Notes under the pieces: generated by a model
What the model was told of the DNA's origin: nothing
Seen by the model: only the letters and a program-made list of their open reading frames with translations
Database searches by the model: none
Assembly (NCBI GenBank): GCA_964016885.1
Contig: OZ024740.1
Span: forward strand, 284,642,001-284,706,000
DNA length: 64,000 bases
Direction of reading: 5' to 3'
Source of the DNA: Eledone cirrhosa
Taxonomy: Eukaryota
Shown here: positions 37,205-48,980 of the stretch, piece by piece
Position numbering within the stretch: position 1 is the stretch's first letter
Layout of the letters: every line of letters starts with the position of its first letter
Position numbers and translations under genes: made by a program

Positions 37205-40200
37205 CCCCACATCCCTCCCACCCGCCCCCACACACCACCATTCTTAATACGTGGACCAATCATAAGCCAGAGACCCCCCCCACACGCATCACCATTATTA
37301 CTATAAGCCAGAGACCCCCCCCCCCACACGCATCACCATTATTATTATTACGCGGACCAATCATAAGCCAGAGGCCTATACTATCGCTTGCACGGTTGCC
37401 TTCGATATATGATGGATGGATGGATGGACGGACTGCGGAATCCTGGAGAGTGGAGGGGAGAGAAAAATCTGGACGCTCAGAGCGAAAATGCCAATGCTAA
37501 AGTCAAATTCACCTCGTGGACGAGAATGCGAGCACTCTTCTTTGTTTCGCCCGCGGATGGCTAACATAACCCCATCTCCCCCCGCCCCACACCACCCCCA
37601 CCCTCCAAACGCGATCCAAAACTTCAGAGTTGGTACCATAAATGTAGGCACCCTAAAGGGGCGCGCTAACGAGGTTGTAGAAATGCTTGAACGTAAGGAG
37701 GTCGATGTTTGTTGTATTCAAGAGACCAGGTGGAGGGGTGGGTCTGCTAGATTCATTGAGGGTAAAAAACGATGTTATAAGCTTTTTTGGGTGGGAAACG
37801 ACGATGGGCTGGGTGGAGTAGGAATCATGGTAGCAGAAAAGTGGGCGGATAAGATAATAGACGTAAATAGAGTGAACGACAGAATAATTAAAATACGACT
37901 TGTCCTCAATAGAACTACGGTGACAGTAATATCTGCGTATGCACCCCAATCCGGACTGCCCGGCACTATAAAAGACAGATTCTATGAGACACTGATGCTC
38001 ACTACCTCCCAAATATCTGACAGTGACTATATAATTATTGCAGGCGACCTAAATGGTCACGTTGGGCAACATTGTGACGGCTACGACGAAATCCATGGAG
38101 GCTATGGGTTTGGTACTAGAAATGAGGAAGGCTCCAGAATCCTGGAATTCTGTGATGCAAATAACCTAACTATCTGTAACACTAACTTCAAAAAACGTGA
38201 CAATCACCTGATCACCTATAGATCCGGGGAACACACAAGCCAGGTAGATTATATCCTTACCAGAAGACGTGACAGAGTGTCTGTTGTAAACACTAAATCC
38301 CTCCCCCATGAAGAATGCACCTCCCAACATAGACTGATAATTAGCGACCTCATAGTCAGGTCGAGACGTACTCGACAGCAGAAGAGGACTATCCTCAGGA
38401 GAAAAATATGGAAGCTAAAGGACCCCACAGCCAAAAATAAATTTCAAAACATATTACTTGATGCTTTCGACAGTAAGGAAGAACACTTAGAGTCGGACAA
38501 TATAGAGGGACAGTGGGAATTTCTGAAAGCAAACCTGCTGTTGGCCACAGACGAAGTCTGTGGCTGGAGCAGGCCTGTAGGCAGGAGGAGAGTAACTTGG
38601 TGGTGGAACAGTAAGGTGGAGGAGTCAATTAAGGCCAAAAAGCAGGCTTGGAAAGTATGGCGGGATGGGGGAAGTAGAGTAGACTATCAAGTGGCCAGGA
38701 GGGAAGCTAGGAGAGAAGTGTACTTAGCAAGAAGGGAAGCTGAGGAAAGAAAGTTCAAGCATGTCCTACAACGCGATGACCAAAAACGTGAGGTGTTCAG
38801 GATTGCTAGGCAATGCGTCAAGGAAAACCGTGATATTGTCGGGGAGAAGTGTGTACTTAACGATGATGGCATACTTGCCATCACCGACACTGATAAGAAG
38901 GCAGCTTGGAAGTGTCACTATGAAAGGCTACTAAATGAGGAGAATAAATGGGAGAAAGACAGTCTCCCCCATGTCGACCCAATAGAGGGACCAGCAGTGT
39001 TAGTCGAGGGGAGTATAATAAGTAAGGCAATCAAGGATATGAAGACAGGTAAGGCGGCTGGGCCTTCGGAAATAGTTGCTGAGATGCTGAAGGCATCTGG
39101 CACGGTGGGACACACCATGGTCACCCGCATAGTTAACCAAGTCGTACAGAATGGGGTTGTTCCGAAGGACTGGCATAGCAGCATCATCGTTAACTGTTAT
39201 AAGGGTAAAGGAGATGCCCTAGATAGGAGTAACTATAGAGGCATTAAATTAATCGACCAGGTCATGAAGGTCACAGAAAAAGTAATAGCGCAACTAATCA
39301 GAGAGAGAATTGACCTAGATGAAATGCAGTTCGGGTTTGTGTCAGGCAAAAGTACCACAGACGCTCTTTTCATAGTACGACAACTACAGGAGAAGTACCT
39401 AGCTAAAGGTAAACCCCTCTACTTAGCTTTTGTCGACTTGGAGAAAGCCTTCGACAGAGTCCCCCGCTCCATTATCTGGTGGGCTCTTAGAAAACTAGGC
39501 GTTGACGAATGGCTTGTGAGGGCTATACAAGCCATGTATAAAGAAACAGTCAGCAAGGTTAGAATTAACAACGAATATAGTGAAGAGTTTAGCGTAAAAG
39601 TTGGCGTCCATCAGGGCTCTGTTCTCAGCCCCCTACTATTTATTATTGCCCTTCAGGCTATAACAGAGGAGTTCAAGACAGGCTGCCCATGGGAACTCCT
39701 ATACGCAGACGACCTGACACTCATAGCGGAATCAATGGCCGAGCTAGAGAAGAAATTCCAAACATGGAAGCACGGCCTAGAGTCAAAAGGACTTAAAATT
39801 AACCTGGCTAAGACCAAAGTTCTAGTTTGTAGGAAAGAAAACAAGGCGGCGGTCCCTTCTGGGAAATGGTCGTGCTCGGTGTGTAGGAAAGGCGTAGGTA
39901 GAAACTCCATTTTGTGTCCTAAATGCAAAGTATGGGTGCATAAAAGATGTAGTGGGATCACAGGTAAGCTAACTAAGAACATAGATTTTACATGTGGCCG
40001 GTGTTCTGGTGCAATAAGTAGCAGCAAGTGCCCACACAATACTAGCTCTTTCAATTGCGCAGAGGGTTCTATAGAAATAGTGGACAGCTTCCGTTACCTG
40101 GGCGATAAAATCAGCAGTGGGGGAGGGTGCTCTGAAAGTACTGTAGCTAGAGTCAGAACTGGTTGGAAAAAGTTCAGAGAGCTTATACCACTATTAGCTG

Positions 40201-41028
40201 CTAAAGGGTTCTCCCTAAAAATGAAAGGCAGGTTGTACGATGCCTGCATACGAACAGCAATGTTGCATGGCAGTGAGACCTGGGCATTGTGTGCAGAGGA
40301 TATACGCAGACTAGAGAGGAACGAAGCTTGCATGCTCCGCTGGATGTGTAACAGTAATATACGTGAACGGCAAAGCATAAACGAACTAAGGAAAAAATTA
40401 GAGATAAGAGGGATCAGATGTTGTTTACTCGAGAGAAGGCTACGTTGGTATGGACACGTGATGCGCATGAAAGTCGATAGCTGTATAACAAAGTGCAGGG
40501 CAATAAAGATAGACGGTAGCCACGGAATAGGCAGACCTAGAAAAACCTGGGACGAGCTGATAAACTCCGACCTCACACACTTACACCTCTCCAAGACAAT
40601 GTCACTGGACCGAGACCTTTGGCGGTACTCAGTAACAGAGAAGACCCGCCTTGCCAGTAGGCATCTCTAACAAAATACACCCCGTCCCACCACCACCACC
40701 CCCACCCCATCCACACCACCCCGTCCTATGTAAAGTTATGTTGGTGCCGCGCCATCCGGGCCGAAACAAATGAGATCGTGTAGGTGTCACGACAAAAAAA
40801 CACACAGTCCACGCTGTAATGTGGCCGTGTAGGCAACACGGTAAAAACCTCCCAGACCCACACTGTAAATGTGGTTGGTGTTAGGAAGGGCATCCAACTG
40901 TAGAAAACCTGCCAGACAGTCCTATGCGAGCAAGACAATCACTCTTGCCTCAAGTGGGACTACCCCCGTCCAAACCCATGCAAGCGTGGAACACGGACGT
41001 TAAACGTTGATGATGATGATGATGATGA

Positions 41029-41032
<4 letters not shown>
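37205..41032 (+). mobile_element. Full-length RTE-clade LINE body
   Basis: 5' UTR homologous to 20410-20525, intact ORF, ~340-nt 3' UTR and a (GAT)n tail running into (TA)n. Confidence 0.95.
37416..40670 (+). CDS. RTE LINE polyprotein, 1084 aa: APE endonuclease, reverse transcriptase, PHD-type zinc finger
   Basis: EN motifs [32 protein letters not shown] motifs [35 protein letters not shown]. No stops; the true start could be a later Met. Confidence 0.95.
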   Translation: MDGWTDCGILESGGERKIWTLRAKMPMLKSNSPRGRECEHSSLFRPRMANITPSPPAPHHPHPPNAIQNFRVGTINVGTLKGRANEVVEMLERKEVDVCCIQETRWRGGSARFIEGKKRCYKLFWVGNDDGLGGVGIMVAEKWADKIIDVNRVNDRIIKIRLVLNRTTVTVISAYAPQSGLPGTIKDRFYETLMLTTSQISDSDYIIIAGDLNGHVGQHCDGYDEIHGGYGFGTRNEEGSRILEFCDANNLTICNTNFKKRDNHLITYRSGEHTSQVDYILTRRRDRVSVVNTKSLPHEECTSQHRLIISDLIVRSRRTRQQKRTILRRKIWKLKDPTAKNKFQNILLDAFDSKEEHLESDNIEGQWEFLKANLLLATDEVCGWSRPVGRRRVTWWWNSKVEESIKAKKQAWKVWRDGGSRVDYQVARREARREVYLARREAEERKFKHVLQRDDQKREVFRIARQCVKENRDIVGEKCVLNDDGILAITDTDKKAAWKCHYERLLNEENKWEKDSLPHVDPIEGPAVLVEGSIISKAIKDMKTGKAAGPSEIVAEMLKASGTVGHTMVTRIVNQVVQNGVVPKDWHSSIIVNCYKGKGDALDRSNYRGIKLIDQVMKVTEKVIAQLIRERIDLDEMQFGFVSGKSTTDALFIVRQLQEKYLAKGKPLYLAFVDLEKAFDRVPRSIIWWALRKLGVDEWLVRAIQAMYKETVSKVRINNEYSEEFSVKVGVHQGSVLSPLLFIIALQAITEEFKTGCPWELLYADDLTLIAESMAELEKKFQTWKHGLESKGLKINLAKTKVLVCRKENKAAVPSGKWSCSVCRKGVGRNSILCPKCKVWVHKRCSGITGKLTKNIDFTCGRCSGAISSSKCPHNTSSFNCAEGSIEIVDSFRYLGDKISSGGGCSESTVARVRTGWKKFRELIPLLAAKGFSLKMKGRLYDACIRTAMLHGSETWALCAEDIRRLERNEACMLRWMCNSNIRERQSINELRKKLEIRGIRCCLLERRLRWYGHVMRMKVDSCITKCRAIKIDGSHGIGRPRKTWDELINSDLTHLHLSKTMSLDRDLWRYSVTEKTRLASRHL

Positions 41033-41073
<41 letters not shown>

Positions 41074-41098
41074 TATATACATATATATATACATATAT

Positions 41099-42984
41099 AT
41101 GTAGGAGGTGAGTTTTATTGTAGTACAATAAAGCAATGCAGATATCGGATAAGAAGCACTCTACAGTTTGTAGGACTGGAGTATGCATAATACTCCTTTC
41201 TCCATCTCTATTAATAACAATATTCCTAAATTATTTTTTAGTGCCTTAAATAAATGCTTCCCTCCCTCACATATCTATAGTAAAATATTTAACAAACACA
41301 CCATCAAATTTTCGTATTCTACATCCTCCAATATTTCCAACATCATCTCTACAGTAATAGTACTCCCGACGTCATTGTAAACCCTAGGCTAACTTCTGTA
41401 AACCCAAATACAACGTCAAACACAACTTCGCTAAATGTTCATAATCCAACTCTAAATCAAGAAACTATTATTCCTATTGCAAACAACTTCTCCAATCCAA
41501 TTCCTTCTATAGATAACACTAGATCACTCATTAATAATCTCTCTAATTGCAACTGCCGCATTAAAAATAAATGTCCTCTCAACAACCATTGTCTCGATAA
41601 AAACTTAATTTATGAATGTAAAATTATAACTAGCACCAATTCCTTCACCTATTTTGGCTCCACTTCCACCTCTTTTAAAGCTCGTCTCTATAATCATCAT
41701 TCATCTTTCAAATACAAACTTAAAAGAACTAACACTGCTCTCTCAGAACTCATATGGTCCTTAAAAGACAAAAACATTAAATATACCATCTTTTGGAAGA
41801 AGATTTCTTCTGCATCCTCATACTTGAACAGCTCTCTATCTAAAATCTGTAATCTCTGCCTAAATGAAAAATTTACCATTATCTCTAACCTAGATTCTAT
41901 AATAAATAGACGCACAGATTTGTTTTCTATCTGCCTGCATAAATTCCATAGAACTTTTCACAAAGTATACAGTTAATATTCAATTCTTTATCAATTTAGA
42001 ATCTTTTCTCAAAGGCACATATACATACACGTCTTTAAAATATACCCATCTACCTTACTTTAAAGGGCATTATACACTCTATAATACGTGTTTACTCATT
42101 ACCCTCATTCTATCTTCTCCTTGTAAAATCATAACATTTGTTTTGACGTTAGAATATTCATCCGCAATCATTATTATTTTTTCTCTCTATCATAAATCTT
42201 TTTAATCTCAATTTCATCCTTAATTTATTATTATTTTTTTCTCCCCATCAACGAACTCATTATTAATACATATTAACTCTTTATTCGCATATATTATCAA
42301 TTCAATCAATATACAAACTTTAACTTCACATTATTTTTCTCAAATCCTTCTACACACAAACCTTAATAATTTTTCTCTTCGTTAATTTTGAAATTGCCAC
42401 AATACATACATTTCTTTTTTGACGTTAGAATATTCATCCACAATTATTATTTTTTTCTCTCTATCTTCATACATAATTTCCCTTCGTTAATTTTCAAATT
42501 CCTTTAATTTATACATTATCTTCCAACGGTTCCCAACCTCTCTATGTTAAAACAATATATCTTTTTCTCAGTTATAAAAACTATCTCTTTCTCTCTATCA
42601 CCCATCTCTCCCTCTCCACCTTCACTCTCATCTCCTCCCCCTTTTTTCATCCTTTCCACCCCCCCCTCCCTAAATAAAATATTTTTCCTCGCACATATCC
42701 TCCCTTCGTTAATTTTCAAAATTTTTAATTTATACAGTATCTTCCAACGGTTTTCAACCTCTCTATGTAAAAAATATATCTCCTCTCAGTTATAAAAACT
42801 ATCTCTTTCTCTCTATCACCCATCTCTCCCTCTCATCTCCTTCCCTTTTCATCCTTTCCACCCCCCCCCTCTCTAAATAAAATATTTTTCCCAATATCAC
42901 ACATCAATCTAAAACCACTTTTCATATGTTGATTTAAAACTGCACTATCCACAAGTGTTTTTTAGCCTGCATATCATGTTCTCC
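41099..42984 (+). mobile_element. 5'-truncated Penelope-like element (family 1) with inverted terminal piece at its 5' end
   Basis: 41099-41190 is the inverted tail of the same family. It is followed by the RT-linker region, the GIY-YIG EN and a 3' region with internal duplications. Cut by the gap. Confidence 0.85.
41192..41976 (+). pseudogene. PLE C-terminus with GIY-YIG endonuclease (frameshift near 41350)
   Basis: Frame 1: PFS...KCFPPSHIYSKIFNKHTIKFSYS. Frame 2 (no ATG, missing from the track): CNCRIKNKCPLNNHCLDKNLIYECKI...TYFGSTSTSFKARLYNHHSSF...TALSELIWSLK...CNLCLNEK...INNRRTDLFSICLHK. Confidence 0.85.
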
Positions 42985-43184
42985 NNNNNNNNNNNNNNNN
43001 NNNNNNNNNNNNNNNNNNNNNNNNNNNNNNNNNNNNNNNNNNNNNNNNNNNNNNNNNNNNNNNNNNNNNNNNNNNNNNNNNNNNNNNNNNNNNNNNNNNN
43101 NNNNNNNNNNNNNNNNNNNNNNNNNNNNNNNNNNNNNNNNNNNNNNNNNNNNNNNNNNNNNNNNNNNNNNNNNNNNNNNNNNNN
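42985..43184. other. Assembly gap (200 N)
   Basis: Run of 200 N; the round size suggests a scaffolding placeholder. Confidence 0.99.
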
Positions 43185-43816
43185 AAGCTTTCTATGGCTG
43201 GATGCCCTTCCTAACACCAATCATTTTACGTATACTGAGTGCTTTTGTGTAGATTACCAGCACTTTCCACACACACACAATGCATATTTAATTATGCCAT
43301 TAAAAAAAAAAATAATAGTGATGTTCGACATGGCTTGGGCTAATGCTGGTTGAAACCTATCAGTTATCAAGAATTTTGCAAAAACAGTTCATTGTACTAT
43401 AAAAGTTTTAACTTGTATACTCTTAAGCCCAAGTCCTTTTACCTAAAATAACTTTTAGTATATTTCTGAGTCATAGAAACCTCAAAACCAAATAAAAATT
43501 CAATGGAGGTAATGCAGGGCATGTGAATTGCTGGGGTGAAAATCACAGTAAAAATGCATAGCAAAATTTAGGAGATATCAATGGACAGTGAAAAATATTG
43601 GAGACATGTGATATACTTTAATGCTTAAGCAAGAAGGAACAAATGAAAGGAGGATAGGATAAAACACAAGATGGAGATAGGAATTAAAAATAAAAATGTC
43701 TTTTTTTTTGGCTCTGTTATATTATCTGCATTTAGGAATTGTGGGAGTAGTATAACCATATGTATTGGTGTATTTGCTATGTATGTGCGCACATATATGC
43801 ACCCATGTATACAAGA

Positions 43817-43862
<46 letters not shown>

Positions 43863-44105
43863 ATAATAATATGAGAGAGCAGAGATATATAGTCACTAGG
43901 ACATTACTGTTTCTCTGGTGCTGGTGCTATAAAATGTACACAATACATCCTCTAAAATGGTTGGCATTAAGAAGCGCATCCTGCTGTAGAAACTTAAAAA
44001 CTGGAATGTGTGTAGCCTGCTGACCCTTCTATCACAATGGCTTCATTTAAGTGCTGATCTGATCTGTCCAACTCCTGCCAGCATGGAAAAGTGGATGTAA
44101 TATAA

Positions 44106-44245
44106 TTATTTCTACTTTTGGCACAAGGCCAGCATTACTGGTTCTTTATTAAAAATCAACCCCATAAGGATGAAAGGCAAAGTTAACCTTGGTGGGATTT
44201 GAACTCAGAACATAAAGGGCCATAACTCCATGCTGCAAAGCATGG
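44106..44245 (-). mobile_element. SINE copy (same family as 23485)
   Basis: TTTCTACTTTTGGCACAAGGCCAGCA...AAGGATGAAAGGCA...GGATTTGAACTCAGAA. Confidence 0.75.
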
Positions 44246-44687
44246 TTTCTGTGCACACACACATGCCCGTGTATGTGTGTGCGCATCTGTCTCTGCTTTA
44301 AAACCAGTGTTGTTTCTTTCCCATAACTTTGATTAAAAAACTAGATTGATAAAATAAGTATTAGATTGAAGTAAGTCCTGGAGTCAATAATTGATTGAAA
44401 ACTTATAGGCAGTTCCCCTGTATAGTGGCAGTCCAGTAAAAGTGCATAAAATATATATTGTTTGATATATGTGTGCATATCACAAGTGTCTGATAGGTCT
44501 ATTATATACGCACACATTGATGTAGGACTTATAATCCTACTAGAACTCAATGTAGATGGGAATAACCCATCGAAGCAAAGCCAATTTTTTTGTGGAAAAG
44601 TGTTATCATATTACATGTAGAGTATTCTAAAGAGTCAGATATATAAGGTTGAACAATAAAAAGAAATAAGACAAGGTTTAGTACTTA

Positions 44688-45351
44688 CCGTATATACTTG
44701 AATATAAGCCAATCTGAATATGTCTACCCCCTATTTTATGCCTGAGAAATGGGCAAAAATCCAAACCCCATTTATAAACCAAGGCAGCTAATCAACATAT
44801 TTAGATGGCATGGTTTTGAAATTCTCATGAGTATAGAATATATTTGTGAAGTTTTAATATTTTGATGTTTAAAATGCTTTGTGTTGTTCAGAGTATAGCT
44901 TTTGTTCTCCATTAAGTAATGATTTTTTACAATTTCATCCGTCTTATAATTTCAACAAGTTTCTTGAATTTTTGTTTACTTCTGGCAACTCACATACTGG
45001 GAGTAGTTGAAAGCAAGAGATTGAATAAGAGAGCTTTAGAAGAGCGAGGGAGGGAGAGTGAGAACAATAAAACACAAGTCAAGATTGAATGAGAAAGTAT
45101 TAATTCAGAGAAAAGCAATCATCATGTATGTATGTGCATGTATGTGTAATGGATATTTAGTTCAATTACAAAAATTCTCAGACTTGCTGCAATGTGAATA
45201 TTTGGTCGTGCTGGAAATATTTTCAAGGTCATGCATAAATAACAACAATAATGATGCATTAAATATTGAAAAACAATGTGTTTCATTATTAAATAATCAT
45301 TCTAGATATTTTAGTACTTTATGTAGAATTTGGTGAAAATTGTCAAAATAT

Positions 45352-45388
<37 letters not shown>

Positions 45389-45427
45389 TCACATCATATT
45401 CCTCAGCTTATATTCAAGTAGATATGG
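44688..45427. mobile_element. Tc1/mariner-superfamily (Tc2/pogo-like) non-autonomous element
   Basis: TIRs CCGTATATACTTGAATATAAGC and GCTTATATTCAAGTAGATATGG, with TA on both sides. Confidence 0.7.
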
Positions 45428-48400
45428 TAATTAATCCGTTATTTTATTATCATTTCAAATGGCAAAATAAACTAAGATTTTATTGATATATTGACTAATC
45501 AATAGCAATTATGCAACCCCATAGTATTGACCTCAACAAAATACATCCAATCTGCCATTCATCCATTGATGAAAAAAAACTGATAGTGAGGAAATATGGA
45601 GACTTAGCATATTGATATAAATGCGCTACTGAATGTTATTAATGCAAAACATTAGAAACAATGTCTAATCTAATTTTTTTATACATTTAAAGCACAAACT
45701 TAAAAAAAAAATAAAATAGAATGTGTGTATTAAAGAATAGGGTACTAATACTAAGATGACTGCTCTAAATTTCTCAATTTGGAATCGCATAAGAGGCATT
45801 AAATCTATAATTTTGATAATCACTTTATCTGGGGTTTATTTTCATTTTTTACCATATAATCAGACAAATCACATAAGTTATTGGATTGCATTTGTTAAAT
45901 ATATATGCAACATGTTGCCATAAATTTGAAGTTGGATTTGAATCTGGGAATTGTGGTAGGCAATGCAGTACATGTTTTCTTGCTTTTGATGAATTCCTTA
46001 ATTATTCCTTCAGTATGCTTTGGTTTGTTGTCAAGCTGAAAAATCTATGACGGATCCAAATGACTCTTGGCATATAGCAGCATAGTCTGTTCCAAGATCT
46101 TCAGAAAATCTATACTGTCATGGTGGCCTTGATTTGATGTATAGGACTGACTATTTTTCCAGGCATGCTGCCCCAAACCATGGCATTGCTTTCATGTTTA
46201 ACTTGGTTTTGTGCGCTCTAGATGAAATTCTCCTGTGTGTCAGACATACATCTAACTGTCAGTTGTACAAATTATATTTCAACTTGTCCAACTGCAACAT
46301 TTTTTTATATCCAATTTTTAGTTTTTTTTTCTCCATAGTCTTGTGGGTTTTTTTTTTTTTTTAATGTGTAAACACATCCTTCAAGCTGAAATAATTTAAA
46401 ACTAATTTTCAATGGTAGCGGCATCAGTCTGTATGGGGTATTACTGCTGAACATTGTTGAAAATATCAACAATGGTCATTTTCCATTTCTTCATTGACAA
46501 AAGGTGAATGCATCAGTTTGTTCATTCTATAGGTTTTCACTGCTGCCCTGATTGAGGATGGCCAGAATAGTCACTATTTGATTGATGTCCACAGCATGGT
46601 GAGCAGCAGTTATTCAGCTTATAACTTGAGCAGTTATGCTTTAGATCTTATGGAGATATAATAACATAGTTATTAATAGAGTGCCTTTGTGGATAATATC
46701 AAATACAGACATCCCTACTTAGCAGAAGTCACAGAATTCGTGTTGATTTTCATATGAATTGAGATGCATTCTGATGACATTTTATTGATAAAAAAAAGAA
46801 ACTATTTTTTGGAAACATTTACAATAAACATTTGAAGAGAAATACATTAGGGAATTATAATGGGGTAGATTCTCACCCTGCAAAATGTACACTTGTATGA
46901 GAGGGGGTGGTGCAATGGGAAAATGAGGACACTATTCAACATTTACTTAAGGGATGGATTTATCCAATGTTGACATGTTCTGGTATGTCACCTCCAGCAA
47001 TGATTTTCAACTCTCCAGGAGAAATAATAGCAGCTTCTTAAACATTTCAAACTAACTTTTACTTGCAAGAAAAAAAGTTTTGTATTAGAAACTTGACCTT
47101 CCTTTTTCTGTCAATCATTAGAGAAACATTTAGCTATCACTTGAAACACTGTTTAATCGGCATATACATTTAGTGTGATCTTTCATTCACACACAAAAGA
47201 GCCATACCATATTAAGCATTGGTGAAAAAATTTCTAAGCAGTTAATGGGATAGCTGTTTGAACACTTAACCTAATTTTGTTTGAACGGCATCCAACCATA
47301 GAAAGCTTTCTAAAGTCCCAGGAGTGTCCTTCAGTTGTGTCGAAGACATGATGGCCTCTCCAGTGCTGATGTCATGATAAAATGGATTCAGTAGAGCATG
47401 GGATCGTATGTCAGCGAGATACAGGCCCCCAACTCAAATGGGGGCTGGGGGTTACTAGCCCTGCTTGAGTACTTGATCTATGAAGATCTGTCCAACATAG
47501 AATGTAATCAAGGAATTTGTTTTTTTCACCATAAATCCTATCATATTTTGATGGGTACTGTGCTAGTATGTGTGTATGTATTGTGAAGTAGGTGTGCTGG
47601 TATCGCGATAAAAAGTACCGTCGATCCTGTAAAGTAGTTGGTGTTAGGAAAGGTATCCATAGAAACTGAGTATAAGACTCTCCCTGGATTGGATGCTGGT
47701 CTATCGCAAGTTTAACTCCTAAGCTATTGCTGGTACTCACTTATCTCAGCTGAGTGTCTGGAGCAACGTGAACTAAAGTGTCATTAAAGTATATGTGCTT
47801 ATATAAATGTAGTTATGCATGCATAGTCATATAACAGTTGTTTATATAGATTAGATAGGTATTGTTTGAGAGAGGACAGGATGGTAATGCTAGTGTGTGT
47901 GCTTTTTATTTAGGTGGTGGGGTAAACAATGGTAAAATGATAATAGGACAGTAGTATTAGGGAGCTTATTTTTGTGAAGTCAATTGTGGTTGAAAAATTT
48001 AGTCTATTTGAGATGGGACTAAGTGGTAATTAAGGAAAATTCAAATTAAATGTTGTATGAAGATATTTGAATTGTGAAGAAAAGACTTTCTTTTTTTGCT
48101 ATCAGAAGCAGCTGTCTTTGAATGTTCCAGCTGGATCTCCAAGCAAGACTAGCTGGCTCATGGATGTTATCCGACCATCTTGTTTTCTGCCGATTGGCTT
48201 TGCCTGTAAAATCTGTCCAGGCGATTCTTTTTTTAGACATTCTAACCACATCCATAGTACTGGAGCTGATTTCTTGATATGGATAAATAGTAGCTCTACT
48301 TAAAGCGACTCCCTGATTTCTGAGCTATGTACCCTATCTAGTAACGTTACTCCATAGTCTTTTGGAAGAACCCCATTTCTCCTTATATTTGCGATTGTAT

Positions 48401-48566
48401 TCTTTTGGCCATTACCCAAAATTCATAACCATAGGTAAGGGTAGGTATAAACACCAAATTGAAGATAGTGAGTTTGGCTTTTATACCTACTTTCCTTCCT
48501 TCTGAATGTTGAAGTTAGCACATTGTTGAAAAGGTGACAATGGGTGATAGTTGGTGATCATTATAT

Positions 48567-48750
48567 TGGTGGATTGGCAGTATCGGTAGAGAGTCGGACA
48601 CCATGATTTGAAGCATAGAGTTACGTCCCTTTATGATCTGAGTTCAAATCCCGCTGAGGTTAATTTTGCCTTTCATCCTTACGGGGTCGATAAAATAAAG
48701 TACCAGTAATGTACTGGGTAATTGCTGGCCTTGTGCCTAAAATAGAAACA
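48567..48750 (+). mobile_element. SINE copy (same family as 23485)
   Basis: Reverse complement of 23485-23665 along its length; box-B-like GTTCAAATCC. Confidence 0.85.
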
Positions 48751-48941
48751 ATTACATTCTAAGGAATGGTTGATTTGTGTCAAAGAATTAGTGTATTGCA
48801 TTAGGCAGAAATTTATTAATGGGATTGTAAGTTAAAGGAATTATATTTGGAGGAGGAGGAGATGCAAACCATGCATAAATCCATATGTGGCATATATGAG
48901 CAAGTGCATGGATCTACAGGGACATGGATACAAGTTGACAC

Positions 48942-48980
<39 letters not shown>

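Noticed and set aside
38320-38335. SQH in place of the canonical SDH APE motif as an inactivating change
   Set aside because: Present in all copies, and QH is common in this RTE subgroup.
40726-40938. Recurrent 70-aa [18 protein letters not shown]...
   Set aside because: Antisense to the RTE 3' UTR with a non-ATG start. It recurs only because the copies are near-identical.
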